16,185 bases of DNA, taken from Arcobacter sp. GTDB lineage: Bacteria; Campylobacterota; Campylobacteria; Campylobacterales; Arcobacteraceae. The notes beneath the pieces were generated by a model. The model ran no database searches. It was given only the letters and a program-made list of their open reading frames with translations, and was not told the origin of the DNA. The translations under genes were made by a program, and so were the position numbers. The stretch is taken from positions 1 to 16,185 of the forward strand of contig CBFIGT010000048.1 of NCBI GenBank assembly GCA_965662175.1, in the 5' to 3' direction. Shown here in pieces: positions 10,091 through 16,185 of the stretch (positions within the stretch are counted from its first letter, which is position 1; each line of letters starts with the position of its first letter).

Positions 10091-10649
10091 TAATAAAATC
10101 CTCAATTTTCTTGGCAATCTCTTCTATACTTAAACTAGCATCAATAAAAATATAGTTTAAGTTAAGCTCTTTTATAGTCTGTTTCATTCTGGTTTGAATA
10201 TCAAGTAAATAATCAATTCCCCTTGATTCTATAGAGTCATTGGCTTTATTACCTAATCTACTTTTTAACTCTTCTCAACTTAGCTCTAATAAAATAGTGT
10301 GAGTTGGTAAAATATTTGATGTTGCAATTAAATTTAAGTTTGTTACAATATCAATTGGCAGGTTTGAAGCATAAGCAATTCCTGATATTACAGACCTATC
10401 TGAAATCACCATTTTATCTAAATTTGGTTTTATAACTTCTTCAATATGCTCAGCCCTATCAGCCAAAAATAGAAACATCTCAGCAACTTTTGATTTTGCT
10501 TCACCATTTAAAGCCATTTCCCTAAGTTTTAAGCCCATAGGTGTTGCACCTGGTTCTTTTGTAAAAATAGCTTCTTTATGATTTTGTGATAAAATCTCTA
10601 ATTGAGTAGATTTTCCTGCTGTATCAATTCCCTCAATTACTACATACAT
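10083..10649 (-). CDS. tmk: thymidylate kinase (188 codons) with an apparent internal TGA at 10275-10277
   Basis: P-loop [32 protein letters not shown]. The frame continues past the TGA ([27 protein letters not shown]...[20 protein letters not shown]) to TAA 10083-10085. Confidence 0.93.
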
Positions 10650-11140
10650 TTTGTAACTTCTTTTGGAATAAGATGCTCAAATTTACCCTTAAATCTAATA
10701 ATTTCTCTTACAATTGTAGAACTAACAAAAGCATTTTCTAATGTTGGCATTAAATAAAGTGTTTCTATATTTTTATTTATTGAAGAGTTTGCATAACCCA
10801 TTTGTAATTCAAACTCAAAATCACTAACAGCTCTTAAACCTCTAATTATTGTAGTGGTATTTAAACTAGTTGCTAAATCAACTAATAAAGTATCAAAGCC
10901 AACAACTTTTACCCCTGAAATATTTTTAGTTGCTTCTTTTACAAATTCAACTCTTTTTTCATGGGAGAACATTGGTTTTTTTCTTTCACTCTTTGCAACA
11001 GCAATTACAACTTCATCAAAGATATTACTAGCTCTTTTAATAATATCCATATGACCATTTGTAATAGGGTCAAAAGTTCCTGAATAAATTGCACTTTTAA
11101 ATGAAGATATTGGTTTTATGTTTTCGTTATTATTCATCAT
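10640..11140 (-). CDS. coaD: phosphopantetheine adenylyltransferase
   Basis: [14 protein letters not shown] (HxGH), [27 protein letters not shown]. Start could be ATG 11137. Confidence 0.97.
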   Translation of the reverse strand: MMNNNENIKPISSFKSAIYSGTFDPITNGHMDIIKRASNIFDEVVIAVAKSERKKPMFSHEKRVEFVKEATKNISGVKVVGFDTLLVDLATSLNTTTIIRGLRAVSDFEFELQMGYANSSINKNIETLYLMPTLENAFVSSTIVREIIRFKGKFEHLIPKEVTKCM

Positions 11141-11690
11141 CTTTCCATCTTTTATATAAACTATTTTCTATATTTAAAATATCAAACCATTTTCCAATAA
11201 TAAAGTTTTCCATTTCATCAATTGAAGCGGTATTTGAATAATAACCTAAAATTGGAGGCGATATGGTAACACCTATTTTTGCTAATTTTGTCATATTTTT
11301 TAAAGCTATTACAGAAAAGGGCATCTCCCTTGGAACTAATACCGCATCTCTTTTCTCTTTAATTGCTACACTAAAAGCTCTTGTAATTAAATTATCGGCT
11401 AATCCATGTGCACACTTAGCTAATGTATTCATAGAACAAGGTAATATAATCATCTTGTCTGTTTTAAATGAACCCGAAGCTATAGGTGCTGCTATATTAT
11501 CATTGCTAAAAAATTTTATATTTTTTTTATCTTGAAGTTCTTTAAAAGTAGAGTCATTTTCATGTTTGAAAGCAACCTTTGCACTTTTTGATATTACAAC
11601 AAAAGCATCAATATTTTCTGGTAAAAGTTTTAAAAATTTAAGAGCCAAATTCGAACCACTAGCCCCTGTTATACCAACAACTAACCTCAA
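11130..11690 (-). CDS. ubiX: flavin prenyltransferase UbiX
   Basis: VVGITGASG, APIASGSF, PCSMNTLAK, DNLITRA, KEKR, PREMP. TTG start with SD AAAGGA. Confidence 0.95.
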   Translation of the reverse strand: MRLVVGITGASGSNLALKFLKLLPENIDAFVVISKSAKVAFKHENDSTFKELQDKKNIKFFSNDNIAAPIASGSFKTDKMIILPCSMNTLAKCAHGLADNLITRAFSVAIKEKRDAVLVPREMPFSVIALKNMTKLAKIGVTISPPILGYYSNTASIDEMENFIIGKWFDILNIENSLYKRWKDDE

Positions 11691-11829
11691 AATAAATCCT
11701 TTGTATTTGATAAAAAAAGATATTACCCGAAAATTTCTTTTTTTTCAAATCATTCCTTAGTATGAAGAAAAAAATAATTACACACATGGGCCTTGTAAAT
11801 TAATAAATTTAAGCTAAAAATAAGAAATG

Positions 11830-11843
11830 TAATGTTAACATTA
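11830..11843. promoter_or_regulatory. perfect 14-bp palindrome, candidate operator
   Basis: TAATGTT|AACATTA in the divergent intergenic region between ubiX and the resolvase-like gene. Confidence 0.45.
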
Positions 11844-11856
11844 TGTATAATTTAAA

Positions 11857-11884
11857 TTGCAATAAAGCAAACGAATTGTATAAT
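11857..11884 (+). promoter_or_regulatory. candidate sigma70 promoter of the resolvase-like gene
   Basis: TTGCAA (11857-62), 16-nt spacer, TATAAT (11879-84). A second TATAAT lies at 11846-51. SD AAAGGT precedes ATG 11925. Confidence 0.55.
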
Positions 11885-11924
11885 AATTTCTTTAAAATTA
11901 TACTCTTTGTAGAAAGGTAATAGT

Positions 11925-12569
11925 ATGTCAAAAATCTTCACATATGTTAGAATTAACAAAAATAATAAAGAGTACACAAAAGTTCAAGAAGAGAATATTA
12001 ATAAATATGTTCAAAAACATAATTTGGAAGTTTATTATAATATTGAGGTAGAAATAAATACTCCATCTGAAGAAAAAAATATTTTACAGCTTGTAAAATC
12101 TTGTAAAATAGATTCCACTTTGATAGTTTATGATTTAAATGTATTTGGAAGAACAGCTGAAACTATTTTAGAGATTGTAAAGTTTTTATTAGAGAATAGA
12201 ATCAATATTGTTGTAATAAAACAAAACCTTGATTTAGTTGATAATAATGACATGTTAACAAAAATGATTTTAGGTGTTATTTCAATGACTATATCTTTAG
12301 AAAAAGATTTAATGAGCCTAAGAACAAAAGAGGCATTAACAGCTAAAAAACTAAAAGGTGAAAGTTTAGGTAAACCAAAAGGTACAATTCAAAAATCAAA
12401 ATTTGATAAACAAAGAGACAAAATCGAAGAGTTATTAAGTGTTGGTTTATCAGTTAGAAAAATTGCAAAACTCTTAGGATACAACAACCATATAGGTTTA
12501 AATAATTATGTTAAAAAGAGAAATATAAGAGATAATTTAGATGGCTCTTTAGAGAAAATAGCTAGCTAG
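11925..12569 (+). CDS. serine recombinase (resolvase/invertase) family protein with degenerate active site and C-terminal HTH
   Basis: Resolvase architecture: FTYVR, LIVYDLNVFGR, E-helix LEKDLMSLRTKEAL..KG..LGKPKG, HTH GLSVRKIAKLLG. The catalytic Ser is absent. Confidence 0.85.
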   Translation: MSKIFTYVRINKNNKEYTKVQEENINKYVQKHNLEVYYNIEVEINTPSEEKNILQLVKSCKIDSTLIVYDLNVFGRTAETILEIVKFLLENRINIVVIKQNLDLVDNNDMLTKMILGVISMTISLEKDLMSLRTKEALTAKKLKGESLGKPKGTIQKSKFDKQRDKIEELLSVGLSVRKIAKLLGYNNHIGLNNYVKKRNIRDNLDGSLEKIAS

Positions 12570-12578
12570 AACCTTTAT

Positions 12579-12598
12579 ATTTACTTTCATTTACTTTC
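12579..12598 (+). repeat. perfect tandem 10-bp direct repeat (ATTTACTTTC x2), candidate OmpR-type binding site
   Basis: Read directly. It overlaps a possible -35 TTACTT (12591-96) located 17 nt before TAAGAT (12614-19). Confidence 0.5.
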
Positions 12599-12719
12599 CA
12601 TTAAATAGTTATTTAAGATAATTTATTAACATTATCAAATAATATTTAAAATAATCAAGGATAAATAGTGATTTCAGGATTTCAAGTTTTAATTCAAAAT
12701 ATACTGAATTGAGAGATTT

Positions 12720-13385
12720 ATGACAAAGATTTTAATGATTGAAGATGACCCTGAGTTTTCTGAACTTTTAGGTGAGTATTTAGCAAAGTATAATATTATT
12801 ATTACAAATTATGAAGACCCTTTTTTAGGTCTTTCATGTGATATCTCTAAATTTGATTTATTAATTTTGGATTTAACTTTACCTGGAATTGATGGATTAG
12901 ATGTATGTAAAGAGATTTCTAAAAAATATACTATTCCTATTATAATCTCAAGTGCAAGGGGTGATGTAACTGATAAGGTTATAGGTTTGCAACTTGGAGC
13001 TGATTATTACTTACCAAAACCTTATGATCCAAAAGAGATGTATGCTGTTATTCAAAGCTTGATTAGACGAAATAAAAAGTTAAATAATGAAGAAAAAGAG
13101 AAGTGTAATTTTGATTATGATTTAAAAAGTCAAAAAATATTTTTCAAAAAGAAAGAGTTAGTTTTAACACAAGCTGAATATCAAGTTATCTCAACACTAC
13201 TAAAAAACAAAAATGCAATAGTTTCAAGGGAACAAATAGTAAATTCATGTAGCAGTTTAAGTGACAGTAATAGTAAAAGCTTAGATGTAATTATTGGAAG
13301 ATTAAGATTAAAACTAAATGATAGTTCCAAAAACCCTAATTATCTTTTTTCAATAAGAGGTTTAGGTTATAAATTAGCACAATGA
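12720..13385 (+). CDS. OmpR-family response regulator (ArsR/CprR/RacR-like)
   Basis: Receiver ILMIEDD, LILDLTLPGIDG, ISSAR, PKPYDP. Winged helix LTQAE, VSREQI, SLDVIIGRLRLKL, IRGLGYKL. Confidence 0.95.
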   Translation: MTKILMIEDDPEFSELLGEYLAKYNIIITNYEDPFLGLSCDISKFDLLILDLTLPGIDGLDVCKEISKKYTIPIIISSARGDVTDKVIGLQLGADYYLPKPYDPKEMYAVIQSLIRRNKKLNNEEKEKCNFDYDLKSQKIFFKKKELVLTQAEYQVISTLLKNKNAIVSREQIVNSCSSLSDSNSKSLDVIIGRLRLKLNDSSKNPNYLFSIRGLGYKLAQ

Positions 13386-14575
13386 ATTTAAACTCAATAA
13401 AAACAAAAATAGATATAGTTTTTGTCTCTTCATTAATCTTACTTTTTACTGGATTCTTTTTTTATTACAGTAGTGATAAAAATCAAAGGGAAAATCAAGT
13501 TGTCTCTTATCATGAAAAACTTTCAAACTATCTTTTTTTTAATAGAAGCAGCGAGTTTGAAGTTTTGGATTATTTAGAAAACTTAGATTTCGAAACTGTT
13601 ATTAAGCCATCTATAATTTTAAAATCAGGAAACTATATAAGTAATAGAATTGGTTTTGATACAATCAGTTATAATGAAGAGTTCTATATTCATATTAAAA
13701 CCCCTCATTTTAGAATTTTATTTAAAGATTTAACTATTTATAGTAAAAACTATACGGCTTATTTTTTATTTTTTCTGTTTTTTTTACTTTTAATCTCTAT
13801 TTATATTTGGTTGATAAAGAGTTTAAAACCTTTAGAAACATTAAAAGAAAATATTATAAAGTTTTCAAATGGTGATTTAACAATTGATTGTAGTAGTTCA
13901 AAAAAAGATGAAATAGCTCAAGTCTCAAATGAGTTTGATAAGGCTGTTAAAAAAATAGATTTACTACTTAAATCAAGACAACTATTTTTAAGAACTGTTA
14001 TGCATGAACTTAAAACACCAATTGCAAAGGGACGAATTGTAAGTGAACTAATTGATGATGAAAAACAAAAAAATAGAGTTCATAATATTTTTGAAAAGTT
14101 AGATTATTTGATAAATGATTTTGCAAAAATCGAGCAAATTGTATCACAAAACTTTAGACTAAATTTTAAAACATATAGTTTAGAGGATATTTTTGAAAGT
14201 AGTATTGAGATGTTAATGATAACTGAGTATAAAAATAAAATCTGTACTAATTTTAATGCAAAAGAGAAAATTCTTGTTGATATTGAACTATTTTCTTTGG
14301 TATTTAAAAACTTAATTGATAATGCTTTTAAATACTCAAGAGATAAAAAAGTAGAGATAAAAAAGCAGAAGAATGAAATTTTATTTATTTCAAAAGGTGA
14401 AGCTTTAAGTAAACCATTAGAGAGCTATTTTGAACCTTATCATAACTCAACAGAGAATAAAACACATGGAATGGGACTTGGCTTATATATTGTAAAAAGA
14501 GTTTTAGATTTTCATAATATGGGTTTTGACTATCAATATCTTGATAATAAAAATATCTTTATCATAAAACTGTAA
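13382..14575 (+). CDS. membrane sensor histidine kinase (ArsS-like; HAMP-HisKA-HATPase)
   Basis: Two TM segments, HAMP (LKPL...KDEI), H-box VMHELKTPI, N-box NLIDNAFKYS, G-box GMGLGLYIV. ATGA overlap with the regulator. Confidence 0.95.
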   Translation: MNLNSIKTKIDIVFVSSLILLFTGFFFYYSSDKNQRENQVVSYHEKLSNYLFFNRSSEFEVLDYLENLDFETVIKPSIILKSGNYISNRIGFDTISYNEEFYIHIKTPHFRILFKDLTIYSKNYTAYFLFFLFFLLLISIYIWLIKSLKPLETLKENIIKFSNGDLTIDCSSSKKDEIAQVSNEFDKAVKKIDLLLKSRQLFLRTVMHELKTPIAKGRIVSELIDDEKQKNRVHNIFEKLDYLINDFAKIEQIVSQNFRLNFKTYSLEDIFESSIEMLMITEYKNKICTNFNAKEKILVDIELFSLVFKNLIDNAFKYSRDKKVEIKKQKNEILFISKGEALSKPLESYFEPYHNSTENKTHGMGLGLYIVKRVLDFHNMGFDYQYLDNKNIFIIKL

Positions 14576-14580
14576 CTTAT

Positions 14581-14596
14581 TTTACTTATAAGTAAA
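14581..14596. promoter_or_regulatory. perfect 16-bp palindrome, candidate operator upstream of yeiH
   Basis: TTTACTTA|TAAGTAAA read directly. A second palindrome TAAAAGCTTTTA lies at 14608-14619. Confidence 0.45.
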
Positions 14597-14635
14597 TCTA
14601 ATATCACTAAAAGCTTTTATTATAATTTAATTTTA

Positions 14636-14641
14636 TATAAT
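14636..14641 (+). promoter_or_regulatory. -10 box positioned for a leaderless yeiH transcript
   Basis: TATAAT followed by 6 nt (TCCCAA) and then ATG 14648. No SD present. Confidence 0.5.
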
Positions 14642-14647
14642 TCCCAA

Positions 14648-15613
14648 ATGAATAAAATATATGGATTAGTTTTAAGTTTAATTATAGCCTTAGTCTCTTT
14701 GGGGAGTTCAAGTTTAGTACCTGTAGGTTCAGTTGCAATTGCAATTATCTTAGGTGCATTAATTGGAAATACAGTATCAATACCTACAAAATTTAATGAG
14801 GGAATCACATATAGTGAGAAAACTCTATTAGCAATAGCCATAGCACTTATGGGAATACATTTAGATTTTAATGTTTTAAAACTCTTAGGATTCAGTACAA
14901 TTTTTTTAATTATCATATCTTTGATTGCTACACTACTATTTACTTTTTTTATTAGTAAAAAATCCAAGTTAGATAAAAAATTTGCAATGATTTTAGGTAT
15001 AGGAAATGGTATTTGTGGAAGTGCTGCTATTGTTGCCACCAAAGATATTTTAAAAATTGATAAAGATAAAAGTGCTTTAGCAATAGCTATTGTAAATCTA
15101 TTAGGAACAGTTGGTCTTTTTGTTTTGCCATTTATTGGTTTATTACTTGGATTATCTGATGTTGAGATTGGAGTTTTATTAGGAAATACTTTACAATCAG
15201 TTGGTCATGTGGTTGCTGCTTCTTTTGGTGTAAATGAAACAGTTGGACAAAGTGCAACTATTGTAAAAATGGCTAGGATATTACTTCTAACTCCTGTTAT
15301 TATTTTCTTAATCTATTGGCTAAGAAAAAATGGTGATGAAAACTTGGAAAATGGTACAAAAACAGGAATACCAAATTTTATCTATGGTTTTATCTTTTTT
15401 TCTATTTTAGCATCTTTACAAATATTACCTGCATCTTTTGTTGATGCTATCTCTTTTATGGGGAAAATTATACTTTTAATTGCAATGAGTGCTATTGGAT
15501 TAAAAATCTCATTTAAGACAATTAAAGAGAGTGGTTGGGAGGCTTTTGTTTTAGCTGGATACATATTTAAGTTTCAAATAATATTCTCAGTAATAATGAT
15601 ATCAATACTTTAA
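14648..15613 (+). CDS. YeiH/UPF0324 family (putative sulfate exporter) membrane protein
   Basis: 321 aa polytopic protein with AIILGALIGN, GNGICGSAAIVA, QSVGHVVAA, ATIVKMARILLL, AMSAIGL. Confidence 0.9.
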   Translation: MNKIYGLVLSLIIALVSLGSSSLVPVGSVAIAIILGALIGNTVSIPTKFNEGITYSEKTLLAIAIALMGIHLDFNVLKLLGFSTIFLIIISLIATLLFTFFISKKSKLDKKFAMILGIGNGICGSAAIVATKDILKIDKDKSALAIAIVNLLGTVGLFVLPFIGLLLGLSDVEIGVLLGNTLQSVGHVVAASFGVNETVGQSATIVKMARILLLTPVIIFLIYWLRKNGDENLENGTKTGIPNFIYGFIFFSILASLQILPASFVDAISFMGKIILLIAMSAIGLKISFKTIKESGWEAFVLAGYIFKFQIIFSVIMISIL

Positions 15614-15685
15614 AATATATATTAATAATCACTTCAAACAATTTATAGTAAAATAATCAACTTTTTAAAAAGATTGGAGAATATT

Positions 15686-16132
15686 GTGAAAGTATTATTA
15701 TTAAAAGATGTTAAAGGTACTGGTAAAGCTGGTGAGGTAAAAGAAGTTTCAGATGGATATGGAAAAAATTTTTTAATTGGAAAAGGTTTAGCTTTATTAG
15801 CAACAAATGAAGTTTTAAATAAACATAAAGCACAAATGAGAAGAGAAGCTGCAAAAGAGGCTGAAGAGATAGAGCAAGCTAATGAGATTGCAAAAATTCT
15901 TGATTCTCAAAAATTTACTATTAAACACAAAGTTGGAGCAAATGGACACTTAATTGGTTCTGTTACAAATAAAGAGATTGCAGAAATATTAAAAGAGCAA
16001 GCTGATATTGAAATTGATAAAAAAGCTATAACTTTAAACTCTAAAATCAAATCAGTAGGTATTTTTGAAGCTGATTGTAAATTGGGTCATGGAATCCATG
16101 GAACTGTAAAAATTGATGTAATTGCTGAGTAG
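15686..16132 (+). CDS. rplI: 50S ribosomal protein L9 (148 aa)
   Basis: [41 protein letters not shown] 15686 preceded by SD GGAGA (15676-80). Confidence 0.97.
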   Translation: MKVLLLKDVKGTGKAGEVKEVSDGYGKNFLIGKGLALLATNEVLNKHKAQMRREAAKEAEEIEQANEIAKILDSQKFTIKHKVGANGHLIGSVTNKEIAEILKEQADIEIDKKAITLNSKIKSVGIFEADCKLGHGIHGTVKIDVIAE

Positions 16133-16135
16133 AAA

Positions 16136-16185
16136 ATGTTTGATGCTACTACGATACTAGCTTATAAGGCTAAAGATAAAGCCGT
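16136..16185 (+). CDS. hslV: ATP-dependent protease subunit HslV, 5' end only (runs off the window)
   Basis: ATG 16136 gives MFDATTILAYKAKDKA, with the TTI motif after a short propeptide. The rplI-hslV order is known in Campylobacterota. Confidence 0.88.
   Translation, partial: MFDATTILAYKAKDKA

Noticed and set aside
10091..10117. N-terminal extension of HisS in the ORF track (MPRKLRILL)
   Set aside because: It lies within the restored tmk 3' end. ATG 10090 gives a typical HisS start with translational coupling.
10233..10277. Selenocysteine or SECIS explanation for the tmk TGA. A weak hairpin (AGAGUU/GACUCU with inner GGU/GCC) can be drawn downstream.
   Set aside because: The position is not a known conserved Cys, the stem is weak and bulged, the loop AAUAAA lacks a G, and Tmk is not a known selenoprotein.
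4999..10277. Alternative genetic code with stop reassignment
   Set aside because: The two internal stops differ (TAA, TGA), and both codons end other genes normally here (uvrA and the regulator use TGA; many use TAA). Trp is TGG where checked.
13005..13007. GADYYLPKP instead of GADDYLPKP in the response regulator as another G>T hit
   Set aside because: Opposite strand polarity to the other cases and the position can vary naturally, so it cannot be judged without orthologs.
96..15564. Antisense ORFs 96..305, 2766..2963, 6007..6324, 8916..9257, 10854..11054, 11263..11535, 11566..11760, 14620..15042, 15382..15564
   Set aside because: Shadow frames opposite well-supported genes, with no recognisable motifs.
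11925..15613. Transposon or genomic island built around the resolvase-like gene
   Set aside because: No transposase, terminal inverted repeats, target duplications or tRNA site seen, and the recombinase lacks its catalytic residues.
15674..15685. rplI start at TTG 15674 from the ORF track
   Set aside because: This stretch contains the SD (GGAGA) for GTG 15686, which gives the canonical MKV N-terminus.
1..16185. CRISPR arrays, tRNA/rRNA, phase-variable poly-G/C tracts, strong intrinsic terminators
   Set aside because: None seen by eye. Intergenic gaps are short and AT-rich, and homopolymers are A/T runs expected at this composition.

Overview
AT-rich bacterial chromosomal window. Gene order and protein style point to Campylobacterota, probably Arcobacteraceae (inference). 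The left two-thirds is a long minus-strand run: ubiX-coaD-tmk-hisS-speA-cysE-TauE/SafE exporter-large MscS, then uvrA-DUF309, which converges on a plus-strand FlaG-like gene. The right third is plus-strand: a serine-resolvase-like gene, an OmpR/ArsRS-type two-component pair, a YeiH (UPF0324) transporter, rplI and the start of hslV. No RNA genes, CRISPR arrays or mobile elements were seen. Main observations: (1) an intact resolvase-family ORF that has lost its catalytic motifs but keeps its DNA-binding region, with a 14-bp palindrome upstream, a candidate domesticated DNA-binding protein; (2) single in-frame stops in tmk and mscS, plus missense changes at conserved UvrA and SpeA positions, all explainable by C>A on the + strand (sequencing artefact or mutator); (3) several candidate cis-elements, including a tandem repeat before the response regulator, and palindromes with a leaderless-type start at yeiH.
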